A stretch of DNA of 64,000 nt, taken from Candidatus Nomurabacteria bacterium. Its GTDB lineage: Bacteria > Patescibacteriota > Minisyncoccia > Phycocordibacterales > UBA9973. A program made the position numbers and the translations under genes. Shown one piece after another: positions 46,469-56,289 of this stretch. Under the pieces are notes generated by a model that ran no database searches, had not been told where the DNA came from, and saw only the letters and a list, made by a program, of their open reading frames with translations. The stretch is from NCBI GenBank assembly GCA_016699365.1, contig CP064973.1:139920-203919 (forward strand). Direction: 5' to 3'. Positions within the stretch are counted from its first letter, which is position 1. Every line of letters begins with the position of its first letter.

Positions 46469-47013
46469 TAAAACAGAAAAAGTTCGTACGAGCACATAGA
46501 GTTGTAACTATGCGTATCGACAACCTTCTGTTGGTCTTCGAACCCGTAGATTATTCTGTAGCCATATGTAACAGGTGTACTGTTAGATGTTATAAGCATG
46601 ATTGATTTTATCTTGTGGTCGTTTGTGGCGACAAGATTGTATCGGCGTACCTCATGCAGCATATCATTCCAATAAATATGTTTCTGCGGATTGTCTGTGG
46701 TCATGGTAAGTCCATCTGGATGACGAGGATTTTCGGTGTAAAATATCTCGTCTAGAGTGGCCATCACAATCTCTTTTTTTATTTTCGCATCTCTTGCAAA
46801 GATGGATTTTTTGAAAAAAATAAGTGTGACTATTCCAAAACCAATAGTTGCAATTATAGGCAACAACAACTGCTGTATATTTTCCGCAAGTGTAAAATTA
46901 TTTAGGGATATACATGTTAAAACCAGGGCTACTAACCCAATGAAAAGGTTATTCCTTTCATTTTTTGTGAGAGGGTTTTTTTCCTCAATCCGAGCTTTTT
47001 CGATTTGATTCAT
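46468..47013 (-). CDS. Hypothetical membrane-anchored protein
   Basis: One TM, then a 100-aa soluble domain. Confidence 0.3.
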   Translation of the reverse strand: MNQIEKARIEEKNPLTKNERNNLFIGLVALVLTCISLNNFTLAENIQQLLLPIIATIGFGIVTLIFFKKSIFARDAKIKKEIVMATLDEIFYTENPRHPDGLTMTTDNPQKHIYWNDMLHEVRRYNLVATNDHKIKSIMLITSNSTPVTYGYRIIYGFEDQQKVVDTHSYNSMCSYELFLF

Positions 47014-47080
47014 TTTTTGTTTTTTTTGGTGAACTTTATCAGTGTTATATTAACACATAATATGATTTTAGTCCAATATT

Positions 47081-47110
47081 AAAACCGTCTCACAAATGTG
47101 GGACGGTTTT
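47081..47110 (-). terminator. Intrinsic terminator
   Basis: aaaaccgtc-...-gacggttttt. Confidence 0.5.
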
Positions 47111-47115
47111 TAGGT

Positions 47116-47811
47116 CTAATATTCTGTTTCTAGGGGTTCTAGCTTTTCATCTATAATACCCCCTTCGATAAGCTCCTCCTTGTAACGCTCCCAGAAGGAA
47201 CGAAGGAAAGTAACTCTCTTTTGGGCAAGTCTTTTGCCTTCGTTTGTACTCATTGTTTTAGCTACAACAAAAAGTCTTTTCTTAAACAATTCTATGCTTG
47301 CACCAACTTTTTCGGTTACTTCACCTGCACACAGAGGATCAAGCGGATTATAAAACGGCCTGTTCATCTCTCCACCAGAACTAAAAGTACGCATAATAGC
47401 AAGAGCTCCAACACTTTCAAGCTTGTCTGCGTCTTGTAAAATTGCGGATTCCCAGGTAGATGGTTCAATGCCGTTTGAAAAAGAGCATTCTTGTATGCAA
47501 TCTTTGACTCTTTTTATTTTTATCTCTGGGTATCCAGGGACACTTTTTAGTAAGACTTCCGCCAAGTCCGCGCTCTTACTAGGTGCAAGATTGTTCCTTG
47601 GGTCATCCTTACGGAAAATTACCGAGTCGTGAAAAATAAGTGCGGGGATCAAAATATCATAATCAGTTACTTGTATTGTCTCGCTCTTTGCTATTCGCAT
47701 TCCGAGGTTAAATACACGCCGCATATGCTCAAGATCATGAGATTTGTCATGTTCGCCTATGTGAGGCATAAGCAATCTAAAACAATCAATCATCAATTTG
47801 TTTTTGTCCAT
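47116..47811 (-). CDS. HD-domain metal-dependent phosphohydrolase
   Basis: H...HD...H...D pattern: SHDLEHMRRV, LIFHDSV and LQDADKL. Confidence 0.65.
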   Translation of the reverse strand: MDKNKLMIDCFRLLMPHIGEHDKSHDLEHMRRVFNLGMRIAKSETIQVTDYDILIPALIFHDSVIFRKDDPRNNLAPSKSADLAEVLLKSVPGYPEIKIKRVKDCIQECSFSNGIEPSTWESAILQDADKLESVGALAIMRTFSSGGEMNRPFYNPLDPLCAGEVTEKVGASIELFKKRLFVVAKTMSTNEGKRLAQKRVTFLRSFWERYKEELIEGGIIDEKLEPLETEY

Positions 47812-47855
47812 TTAAATAACTTTTTTAGAACAATAACAGATTGTGCCGAATTAGT

Positions 47856-49571
47856 CTACATTTTTTCTGGAGCTTTTATGCCTAAGATATATAAACCGTT
47901 CTTTTGAATTGTCGCAAAGGCACTTGTTATCATGACTTTATAGCCACTTGTTTTGTCTGTGTCATCCACTATCTGAGTCTCGGCATAAAAAGAATTGAAA
48001 CTGCGAGCAAGCTCTACCAAATATGAAGCAATCGCATGTGGAGCGTATTCTTTGTAAGCCATTGCCACAACTTCTGGGAATCTGTACAACAGTCTTTCTA
48101 TCTCAAAAATACTTTCTGTAGGACTATCGGCGGAAATTTCTATAGAAGCCGTTTTTGCCTTTTCTATAATTGACCTAGCGCGAGCATGAGAATAGGAAAG
48201 ATATGGCCCTGAATCACCTTCAAAAGAAAGTGATTTATCAAAATCAAAAATTATATCTCTACCTGTCGCTTGTTTTAAGACGGAATATTTCAAAGCTGAA
48301 ACTGCAATATCATTCACAAGATTTTTGTCTTCTGCTCTGTTACTCTCTTTCATTTTTTCTGCTACTTTTTCTCCAATATCAGAAAGCAAGGAATCCCCCG
48401 TTACTACATCTCCAGTACGAGAAGACATCTTACCTGTAGGAAGACGGAGCATCCCGTGGGATATATGTTTGGTTTTTTTGGCTAAGTCTGGAAATACTTG
48501 ATTCATTGCTTCGAGTAACACACGAAAATAGTCATTGATCTCATTGCCTGTTACTACGATTGATTCATCGTAGCCGTAAGTATCAAATTTAATCTTTGAA
48601 AGACCCAATTCTTTTGCTTCGTATGTTGGAAGACCTTGGGAATTTATAAAAACACGAGTATGGAGTTTTGGGTTATATTTCTCGCCCTTAAAAACAATCG
48701 CACCATTTTCACCATTTTCAAAAACCCCGTTTTCTATGTTGGACAAAACTATATCTTTACCAAATTCTCCAGTTTTACTTTCAAAGAAATAAAAATCAAA
48801 TTTTGTTCCAAGCTTTTTATATATCTCTTCAAAATATTCCAAACTCTTTGCTCTTCCAAGGTCATAGAATCTATTTATTTCAGAATCAGACCTATCATAT
48901 ATTTTTTTATTAAAATCTTTGATTGTATTTTTATCCTCTTCGGTATCCCCCTCAAGTTTTGAACCGAGCGCATAGCAAGAACCCAAGAATTTCGCCCAAA
49001 CCTCGATTGGAGCCTCTTCACTCGGCAAGCTGTCTTTATTTTCAATCATCCCAAAAATTGCTTTTGCTACATGCAACCCTACGTCACCTTGGTAACACGC
49101 ACGTTTTATTTCTGCCCCATTCCATTCAATTATGCGAGAAAGTGTCTCACCTATTGTATTGCTCATCAGGTGTCCTATATGAAATTCTTTGAATGGATTT
49201 GGGTCTGTATATTCTATTATCACCTTTTTACCAGAAAGAGTATCTGTTTTACCAAAATTTTGATCATTAAAAATATGGTCGATTGATTGTATAAAAAATT
49301 GATGGGACAAATAAATATTTATAAACCCAGCACCCGCGACTTCTACCCTGTCTATCTCTTTTGGTAAATCAGACTTTATCGAATCGACAATTTCCTGAGC
49401 CACTTCTTTTGGATTCTTACCAACCTTTTTTGAAGCAATTAGAGCTATGTTTGTAGAATAATCACCGTTCGACAAATCTGCCGGGTGTTCCCAGTTTATA
49501 TCTATAGATTCTATCCCCAAGACCGCTACTCTGGCCTTTATTTTTTCACTTAAAACATCTAGTACTACCAT
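47856..49571 (-). CDS. argS: Arginyl-tRNA synthetase
   Basis: N-terminal Arg_tRNA_synt_N-like domain, FHIGHLMSNTIGETL (HIGH) and a C-terminal DALR anticodon-binding region. 571 aa. Confidence 0.9.
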   Translation of the reverse strand: MVVLDVLSEKIKARVAVLGIESIDINWEHPADLSNGDYSTNIALIASKKVGKNPKEVAQEIVDSIKSDLPKEIDRVEVAGAGFINIYLSHQFFIQSIDHIFNDQNFGKTDTLSGKKVIIEYTDPNPFKEFHIGHLMSNTIGETLSRIIEWNGAEIKRACYQGDVGLHVAKAIFGMIENKDSLPSEEAPIEVWAKFLGSCYALGSKLEGDTEEDKNTIKDFNKKIYDRSDSEINRFYDLGRAKSLEYFEEIYKKLGTKFDFYFFESKTGEFGKDIVLSNIENGVFENGENGAIVFKGEKYNPKLHTRVFINSQGLPTYEAKELGLSKIKFDTYGYDESIVVTGNEINDYFRVLLEAMNQVFPDLAKKTKHISHGMLRLPTGKMSSRTGDVVTGDSLLSDIGEKVAEKMKESNRAEDKNLVNDIAVSALKYSVLKQATGRDIIFDFDKSLSFEGDSGPYLSYSHARARSIIEKAKTASIEISADSPTESIFEIERLLYRFPEVVAMAYKEYAPHAIASYLVELARSFNSFYAETQIVDDTDKTSGYKVMITSAFATIQKNGLYILGIKAPEKM

Positions 49572-49596
49572 AATCGAGATTCTATCATAAAAAAGA

Positions 49597-49626
49597 AAAA
49601 ACTCCTGTTATGGGAGTTTTGTTTTT
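49597..49626 (-). terminator. Intrinsic terminator
   Basis: aaaaactcc-tgttatg-ggagtttt followed by a T-run. Confidence 0.55.
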
Positions 49627-50407
49627 AAAAAATTTTGACTTTAGGCTTGTCCAGTTTTTTCACCACTTCTTCAATATAAGAAGTTTCGTATTTTTGACTT
49701 TCTAGAAAAATTTTTATAACAGATACAGGTATTTTGTTCTTGTAATACTTATATCTTTGGTGTTTAATTTTCTGCCTATCAAATAAATCGACGAGCATTT
49801 TGCTCAAAGATTCAATTCGCATTCCAGAAGACTCATCGCCATACTGATCTATTTGAATCGCCTCTTTAAACCGCTCGATTGGAAAAGATTTTTCAATTTC
49901 TGGCTTGTATACCTCTACTTCCCTATTGTGATGAATCTGAAAAATAGAATTGCCGTCTTTTTTCTCTTCCAAAGTAAAACCTTCAGATAAAAGATATTCA
50001 TAATACTCAAAGTCTTCACTCAAAAATTTATCGAGTAAATCTTTCAGTATGAAAAATTCAACATTCCAACTATCAAGAGGATTATACTCTTTGTACTTAT
50101 TCTTGTAGAAAATCAACATCGAATGCGTACTTCTTGCTTCTTTATCAAATCCCAAAAGAGTACTTATATCCTTCAAAATTAAGACCTTTTCAAGATGCTC
50201 AAGCAACTTGATACACAGCAAAGCTCTACACATAACTCTATATTTTGCCCTAGAACCCTTTTTCCCAGAGTACAAAATTTCTGTTTCTGTTATAGAGAGT
50301 CTGGGCTTACTGGACTCTACTATGGATCTCAGAATTATACTTGCGAGTTTTCTGTCAGAGTCTTTAAGAATTCTCTTTTTTAGAAAGCGTCTTTTTTTTC
50401 TAGCCAT
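49625..50407 (-). CDS. Hypothetical protein with basic N-terminus
   Basis: 260 aa. MARKKRRFLKKRILK... No motif recognised. Confidence 0.3.
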   Translation of the reverse strand: MARKKRRFLKKRILKDSDRKLASIILRSIVESSKPRLSITETEILYSGKKGSRAKYRVMCRALLCIKLLEHLEKVLILKDISTLLGFDKEARSTHSMLIFYKNKYKEYNPLDSWNVEFFILKDLLDKFLSEDFEYYEYLLSEGFTLEEKKDGNSIFQIHHNREVEVYKPEIEKSFPIERFKEAIQIDQYGDESSGMRIESLSKMLVDLFDRQKIKHQRYKYYKNKIPVSVIKIFLESQKYETSYIEEVVKKLDKPKVKIF

Positions 50408-50471
50408 TTTGTGCTTTTTTTAACACTATACAAGAAACTAGATAAATGTAAACCATTAAAATACAAAATAA

Positions 50472-50498
50472 AAATCCCCCGATTTCGGGGGATTTGTT
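50472..50498 (-). terminator. Intrinsic terminator
   Basis: aaatcccccg-atttc-gggggattt followed by a T-run. Confidence 0.6.
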
Positions 50499-51092
50499 TT
50501 ACTTAACGAGAAATGGAGAAACTATTTCCCAAATATCATCATGAACTTCTTCGACTGATCTATTGGCATTTACAATACTCCAGTTAAATTCTTTGGCTAG
50601 ATCCAGGTGTATAAGCCGGATTCTTTCAGTTTTTTCATCGTCTGTTTCAAAACGATGCCCCGCTTCTACGCTATCCATAAATCTCTTGCCGTCGAGAAGA
50701 ACTGAAACTGTGGGCAGGAGTAGGTGCTTATTTATCTCTATCATATGATCCTTATTGAGGCCGTCACCTGTCCCGTATGCAATACCAGTTCCGGTATACA
50801 TCTCTGCAATCACAATATCAAGAGAGCTTAACATTTCTTTTAGTCTTGGCTCAAAATCAGATCTATTCTGAACATTTAACTCCTGCAAACCAAGAGCAGA
50901 AATATTATTAGGATTGCCCTGTTTCAGACACTTATGTATAGAAGGACCTGTCGGCTCAAGACTATAAATCGGATATTTAACATATGCAAAACTCTTGCCT
51001 TTGTTAATTAATTTTTCAGTCAAACGAATAAGTTGAGTAGTCTTACCAAGATTGGTCACACCCATTAAAGTAAAAAATATACCTTTCTTCAT
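50499..51092 (-). CDS. tmk: Thymidylate kinase-like P-loop kinase
   Basis: P-loop FFTLMGVTNLGKTTQ. DRY-like/LID segments align with Tmk: IVIAEMYTGTGIAYGTGDGL, HRFETDDEKTERIRLIHLDLAKE and NANRSVEEVHDDIWEIV. Confidence 0.65.
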   Translation of the reverse strand: MKKGIFFTLMGVTNLGKTTQLIRLTEKLINKGKSFAYVKYPIYSLEPTGPSIHKCLKQGNPNNISALGLQELNVQNRSDFEPRLKEMLSSLDIVIAEMYTGTGIAYGTGDGLNKDHMIEINKHLLLPTVSVLLDGKRFMDSVEAGHRFETDDEKTERIRLIHLDLAKEFNWSIVNANRSVEEVHDDIWEIVSPFLVK

Positions 51093-51152
51093 AAAAGAGC
51101 AGTTTTTGTTTCATAGACATTTATACTACAAATAAACAAAAAGGAAGTATTG

Positions 51153-52316
51153 CTACTTCCTTAAAACTGTGTTGATTTTTTGGGCGATTTTTATCATATC
51201 TTTCTCTGTTTTTCCTATCGTAGTTTCGGCTGCTGTGCCGAGCCTGATGCCGGATGGGTCAAATGGTGAACGAAGTTCAAACGGAATTGTATTTTTATTT
51301 ACAATAATTCCAGTTTTCTCCAAACGCTCGCTCGCCTCTTTTCCTGAAATACCTTTTCCATTCATCCATGTATCAACCAGTATCAAATGTGAATCTGTAC
51401 CACCAGACACAATCCTCCAACCAAGTTTCTTTAATTCAACCGCTAAAGCTTTTGAATTTTTTATAACTTGTTTTGCGTATTTTTTAAAACTAGGTGTACT
51501 CGCTTCTTTTAGCGCTACTGCGATAGCGGCAATCTGGTTTTCATGCGGACCACCTTGCAAACCTGGAAAAACTGCTTTGTCTATTTTTTCTGCGTATTGT
51601 TTTTTGGAAAAAATTATTGCACCACGCGGACCCCGCAATGTTTTATGAGTTGTAGTGGTTACAATATCTGCGTATTTAAAAGGACTAGGATAAACACCGC
51701 CGGCTACAAGACCTGCTATGTGTGACATGTCCACCAAAAGTAAAGCTCCGACAGAATCAGCAATATGACGAAATTTTTCCCAATCAACAATTCTTGGATA
51801 TGCAGTAAACCCAGCGACGATTATATCTGGTTTGTGGAGTGCGGCTTCACGTTTCAAATCCTCATAATCTAAAACTTCTTTATCTTTATCTACTGAGTAC
51901 GGAACTTGTTTCCAAAAAATTCCTGATGCTGAAACCTTGTGGCCATGTGTCAGATGCCCTCCACTTTCAAGTGACATACCAAATATTTTCCCCCCTTTTG
52001 GAACAAGCGCAGTATAGACTGCCAAGTTTGCCGGAGACCCAGACAAGGCCTGAACATTCACTCCCCACTCGTCCTTATTTAATTTAAATAGCTTCAAAGC
52101 TCGCTCCTGCGCCAATTTTTCAATCTTGTCTATTGTTTCATTGCCTCCATAATACCTTTTCCCAGGATAACCTTCTGCATATTTGTTTGTAAGCTCACTA
52201 CCGAGTGCTTCCAAAACATCTTTTGAAACATAGTTCTCTGAAGCAACAAGATTGATTACACTCTTCTGGCGCTTTTTTTCTTCTGATATTAGTTTTCCAA
52301 TCTGTAAGTCTTTCAT
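51153..52316 (-). CDS. glyA: Serine hydroxymethyltransferase
   Basis: PLP-lysine motif TTTTHKTLRGPRGAIIF. N-terminal ...VINLVASENYVSKDVLEALGSELTNKYAEGYPGKRYYGG. Confidence 0.9.
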   Translation of the reverse strand: MKDLQIGKLISEEKKRQKSVINLVASENYVSKDVLEALGSELTNKYAEGYPGKRYYGGNETIDKIEKLAQERALKLFKLNKDEWGVNVQALSGSPANLAVYTALVPKGGKIFGMSLESGGHLTHGHKVSASGIFWKQVPYSVDKDKEVLDYEDLKREAALHKPDIIVAGFTAYPRIVDWEKFRHIADSVGALLLVDMSHIAGLVAGGVYPSPFKYADIVTTTTHKTLRGPRGAIIFSKKQYAEKIDKAVFPGLQGGPHENQIAAIAVALKEASTPSFKKYAKQVIKNSKALAVELKKLGWRIVSGGTDSHLILVDTWMNGKGISGKEASERLEKTGIIVNKNTIPFELRSPFDPSGIRLGTAAETTIGKTEKDMIKIAQKINTVLRK

Positions 52317-52364
52317 TATGTTTTAGATATTAGCATGTAATCAAAAAAAGAATAAGTAAAAAAT

Positions 52365-52392
52365 AAAACCCCGAAAATCGGGGTTTTGGTTA
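52365..52392 (-). terminator. Intrinsic terminator
   Basis: aaaacccc-gaaaatc-ggggtttt. Confidence 0.6.
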
Positions 52393-52394
52393 TT

Positions 52395-53846
52395 TTATTT
52401 TTCAACAATATCATGCAATCCACGCTTCATATCCCATTCACTATCGGACATCTCTACGTGAAGCTTCAAATCTGGAAACTCTCTCATCATCCACTCTGCA
52501 CATTTCTTTTCCATATTGCGCACGGTCGGATGTACAGCAAGACCAGTGCGAAGTTCCTGCACAAACACCTCTGAAACCAGATTACGGGAGAATTCGCACG
52601 GACACTTGTAGCCCATTGGAATAAAATACTGCAAATCAAATTTTGAAATTTGAGTACTGAGTTCGAATACCAACTTTTCAACCTCTCTCAAAAGAGATAT
52701 GGCACGATCTTTGAGGTTCTCAGGTAACTGTTTCAAGTACCAGTTTTCAAAACCATATTTAATCGTCAACAACGGAATCTCTGTAATACCATTTCGTTGG
52801 CGCTGAATATCTCTGAAAGAGCGATAGTCCAAAAGAGTCTTGAAGTGAATATCTCCTAACTTACCCATGACTTTTGGAAGCTCAGTCTTTTTAGGGCGTG
52901 CGTCGATGTATTTTTGATATTTCCTGAAGTCCGTCATGTGTACTGTGCCCCACATTTGAAATTCTGGCCAAGTAGTATCGTCAGGATCAAAGTAACATAA
53001 ATCTTCTGCACACATCTTCCAGTATTCTTCTTGCTCAGGATAGCTTTTCTTCTTTGTGTATGTTGCTGGAAAATTTGATTTCAGAACATTCAAAATATTT
53101 TCCGCTATACCCGAAACTTCACCTGATGGATTGTAAACTAACAATCTTTGCTGTTCATCAATCTGTCTCAGGTTCATATGTATTGAAGCATTGGTGCGGG
53201 CACCAGCGGGCAAAAATGCCCCGAGGATATCATACATCTTTGCATTAATAGTCTTCTCGTACTGAGCTTTATGCTCCCCATCTGTTTTATCTGAAGGCTT
53301 AGGATCCATAGGAAAACGAGCCTTAAGATATTCAGGTAATACCCTGATGCCTTCTTCGTAGAAATCCATCAGCATATCGATGATCATTCTAGTGTTTTCT
53401 AAATCAATAGGGTCATAACAACCAAGCTTGGTCATCGCAACATATCTCGTACTAGTTTCCTGTCCACTATAAAGTGGCCAGTTCTGAAGTTGCTTTGCAG
53501 CAATCATAGATATGCCGTCGAGATAAATGGTAACAGTACCACAATCTCCGATTGATTTGTCTCCATAATTTACATAGAAACTTTCCATGAAATCACTTGA
53601 GCCTTTGAGTAAAACTTTACGCAAATTCACAAACATACCACCGGAACTTCTGGAATTGAGCGACTGAAGCATCGCACTGTCTTCCGGACTTGGAAGATTA
53701 AACAATGCCACTATCGCACCCGTATCTGTCTCTTCGGCAGAGATTGTATGCAATAATTTTTCTACTTCTTCACGTCTTTCCTCTGGAACAGACGCGAGTA
53801 AACCATCCATTTTATTCTGGACAATTGGGTTGATTTCTTTTTTCAT
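52395..53846 (-). CDS. Double-length Thy1/ThyX-like protein (putative flavin-dependent thymidylate synthase, divergent)
   Basis: 483 aa. Two ThyX-signature-like segments: ...QLQNWPLYSGQETSTRYV... and ...DYRSFRDIQRQRNG..., in RHR-x7-S / QSxRY positions, but the first lacks RHR. Lies between glyA and a dCTP-deaminase-like gene. Confidence 0.4.
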   Translation of the reverse strand: MKKEINPIVQNKMDGLLASVPEERREEVEKLLHTISAEETDTGAIVALFNLPSPEDSAMLQSLNSRSSGGMFVNLRKVLLKGSSDFMESFYVNYGDKSIGDCGTVTIYLDGISMIAAKQLQNWPLYSGQETSTRYVAMTKLGCYDPIDLENTRMIIDMLMDFYEEGIRVLPEYLKARFPMDPKPSDKTDGEHKAQYEKTINAKMYDILGAFLPAGARTNASIHMNLRQIDEQQRLLVYNPSGEVSGIAENILNVLKSNFPATYTKKKSYPEQEEYWKMCAEDLCYFDPDDTTWPEFQMWGTVHMTDFRKYQKYIDARPKKTELPKVMGKLGDIHFKTLLDYRSFRDIQRQRNGITEIPLLTIKYGFENWYLKQLPENLKDRAISLLREVEKLVFELSTQISKFDLQYFIPMGYKCPCEFSRNLVSEVFVQELRTGLAVHPTVRNMEKKCAEWMMREFPDLKLHVEMSDSEWDMKRGLHDIVEK

Positions 53847-53943
53847 CTATATTTAATTTTGGTGAAATTTGTCTTATTTCTACCTTAATTCTCTACCCAA
53901 GTCAACAAAAGAAAATCCGCCCCAAAATCGGGACGGATTAAAT

Positions 53944-55074
53944 TTAAATAAATTGTTTTGCAAGTTTCGCCTTGATCTGGCGAGTATAATTTGAAGGAAT
54001 CGAATCGTAGTGTATGTTTGGAATCTCAGCCAAATGCTCATACTTGAGTCGAGCAATCGGCTGGCGATGGCGAACTACCATACTTTCAAAGGCTCTTACT
54101 TCGAGCGTAAGCGGTCTTCCGAAACCTTTCCCATCTTCTCCAACACCCCAACCCGGATCAATAAATCCAGCATAGTGTGAACGAAATTCTCCGAAACGAT
54201 CATCGATAGACGCCATCTCACTTGCATAACCAACCGGAACCACAACGTGCTCATATGATGAGAGAATATAGAATTTCCCAACCTGAAGAATAATCATATT
54301 ATTCTTGCTTTCAACTGTCTTAAAGAAATCTTCTGTCTTGTAGGTACTCTTGATATCGATCACAAGATCTTTATCATTATTTGCGACATATCCAAGTGGT
54401 ATATCAGTAGAAATGGCATCAATAGTTAAGATGACCGATCTTTGGTTATCTTTGGCTTGCATTTCTTTTAACCCAATTCGATTGTTTGTATTGGGATCAA
54501 AAAGTACACCCGGACTCTGCATCAGAGACTCTAATTCAAATCCCCCAATGCGTGTATCGCTATAACAAAGACGTAATTGGTTTAGAGAAATATTCGGATA
54601 AAGTTTTATATTAAAAGATTTTGGCTTTATAAGAACCCACAAATCTCCTTTCCATCCTTTTCTGTAAATAGAGTCGTATGGCGATATACAATCAGCCAAT
54701 AATCTAACATGCAAATCTAATCTACCGGATGTTGATTTAGGATTTGCATATCCATAAACATTTTGAGGCAAATCCAAACTTTCGTTTAATTTTGCAACAT
54801 ATGTGCGATTTACCCTGATGGGTTTATCGATGGAATGTTTTATATAACCGACTTCATTTATAGTTTCCCATACTGTTTTATTCTCGGGAACCTGAAAAGA
54901 ATTTTTAACTTCATAAATCTCACCGGATATAGACAAGTCAATCGAAGCTGGCTTTATGTTGTCTTTTTTAAGACCAATAATAAATCTGTTTTCAGCGAGC
55001 ACGCTTAAGTGCTGTGCGGGCAATGCCCCTCTAGAACTTTCAATATTTTTCATCAAATTTACTGTTTTTTTCAC
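53944..55074 (-). CDS. dCTP deaminase family protein, long (about 370 aa) form
   Basis: AGFIDPGWGVGEDGKGFGRPLTLEVRAFE matches the dCTP deaminase/dUTPase beta-hairpin motif (IDPGf.G...tLE). N-terminal ASIDLSISGEIYEV and KSTSGRLDLHV. Confidence 0.55.
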   Translation of the reverse strand: MKKTVNLMKNIESSRGALPAQHLSVLAENRFIIGLKKDNIKPASIDLSISGEIYEVKNSFQVPENKTVWETINEVGYIKHSIDKPIRVNRTYVAKLNESLDLPQNVYGYANPKSTSGRLDLHVRLLADCISPYDSIYRKGWKGDLWVLIKPKSFNIKLYPNISLNQLRLCYSDTRIGGFELESLMQSPGVLFDPNTNNRIGLKEMQAKDNQRSVILTIDAISTDIPLGYVANNDKDLVIDIKSTYKTEDFFKTVESKNNMIILQVGKFYILSSYEHVVVPVGYASEMASIDDRFGEFRSHYAGFIDPGWGVGEDGKGFGRPLTLEVRAFESMVVRHRQPIARLKYEHLAEIPNIHYDSIPSNYTRQIKAKLAKQFI

Positions 55075-55169
55075 ATTAACACAAAAGACCCAAATTGCAA
55101 TTCAATAGTTTTTTGAATGTATACAAAAGATACATTATGTGGTACTCTCAGCCTAAGAAAATATGTTAT

Positions 55170-55694
55170 ATGAAAATTACAATCGTAGCCGCGCTACAGA
55201 GTTCGGATAATCCGAAACTCAATAGAGGTATAGGCAAAGACAATAAATTACTCTTCAGGCTTCCACCTGACATAAAGCGTTTAAAAAAATTAACTTTAGG
55301 GCATCCAGTGATTATGGGTAGATTGACCTATGAATCATTACCGGATGATTTTCGTCCACTTCCTGGAAGAAAAAATATTGTTATAAGTAAAAACCCACAA
55401 TTTAAACCACATAAAGATGTGGAAGTTGTGGAATCACTTGCTGAAGCGATAAAATATGCGAGCACACTAAACGACGAAGATGTGTTCATAATTGGAGGAG
55501 GACAAATCTACAAAGAAGCTATAAATAGCGGGGTTGTAGATCGACTTGAATTAACTCTAATAAAAGGTAAAGAAAAAGCCGACACATTTTTCCCAGAATT
55601 TGAGAACTTTGGAAAAATTACGGATTCGTCTTCCTTTCATTATGAGGAAGGTGACCTGGACTACCAGTTCATAACGATCGAAAAAAATAAATAA
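55170..55694 (+). CDS. folA: Dihydrofolate reductase
   Basis: MKITIVAALQSSDNPKLNRGIGKDNKLLFRLPPDIKRLKKLTLGHPVIMGRLTYESLP matches DHFR (IAA...IG..N.LPW...D...FK..T....VIMGR.T.ES). The track ORF begins at 55095, but homology starts at the Met at 55170. Confidence 0.8.
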   Translation: MKITIVAALQSSDNPKLNRGIGKDNKLLFRLPPDIKRLKKLTLGHPVIMGRLTYESLPDDFRPLPGRKNIVISKNPQFKPHKDVEVVESLAEAIKYASTLNDEDVFIIGGGQIYKEAINSGVVDRLELTLIKGKEKADTFFPEFENFGKITDSSSFHYEEGDLDYQFITIEKNK

Positions 55695-55696
55695 AA

Positions 55697-55721
55697 AAAG
55701 CAGTCATCTCGACTGCTTTTA
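55697..55721 (+). terminator. Intrinsic terminator after folA
   Basis: aaagcagtc-atctc-gactgcttt followed by a T-run. Confidence 0.55.
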
Positions 55722-55730
55722 ATTTTTTAT

Positions 55731-55768
55731 AAAAAAACACCCTCACATTTGTGTGAGGGTGTTTTTTT
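55731..55768 (-). terminator. Intrinsic terminator after rplK
   Basis: caccctcaca-tttg-tgtgagggtg (a 10-bp stem) is flanked by A and T runs. Confidence 0.65.
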
Positions 55769-55770
55769 AT

Positions 55771-56193
55771 TTATATAACGTCGATTCCTGCTGAGCGTGC
55801 TGAACCTTCTACGATTTTCATTGCTCCTTCGATATCTTTTGCATTCAAGTCTACTAGTTTCTTTTCTGCAATTTCTCGAACTTGAGCTTTTGTAATCTTT
55901 CCAGCTTTTGAAGTGTTTGGTCTTCCAGAACCCTTCTCGATTCCAGCGGCTTTAAATATAAGTCCTGCTACTGGTGGAGTTTTGATTACGAAATCATAAG
56001 TTCTGTCTTCGTAAACAGATATTTGTACTCCGACAATGTCCCCAGCCATACTAGATGTAGCAGCATTAAACTTAGTAACGAAGTCACCGATGTTTATACC
56101 TGCTTGTCCAAGTGCTGGTCCAAGTGGTGGAGCTGGTGTCGCCTTTGCAGCCGGCACCTGTAGTTTTACTTTTTTGATAATTTTCTTTGCCAT
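55771..56193 (-). CDS. rplK: 50S ribosomal protein L11
   Basis: [36 protein letters not shown]... Confidence 0.95.
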   Translation of the reverse strand: MAKKIIKKVKLQVPAAKATPAPPLGPALGQAGINIGDFVTKFNAATSSMAGDIVGVQISVYEDRTYDFVIKTPPVAGLIFKAAGIEKGSGRPNTSKAGKITKAQVREIAEKKLVDLNAKDIEGAMKIVEGSARSAGIDVI

Positions 56194-56289
56194 AAATGTT
56201 TATTTAAATGCCTATTTTTAGGTTTTTAGGCAACCTTGAAGCTAACGCGTAACGGGTTTAGATTAACAGAAAATACGCGATGTGTAAAG

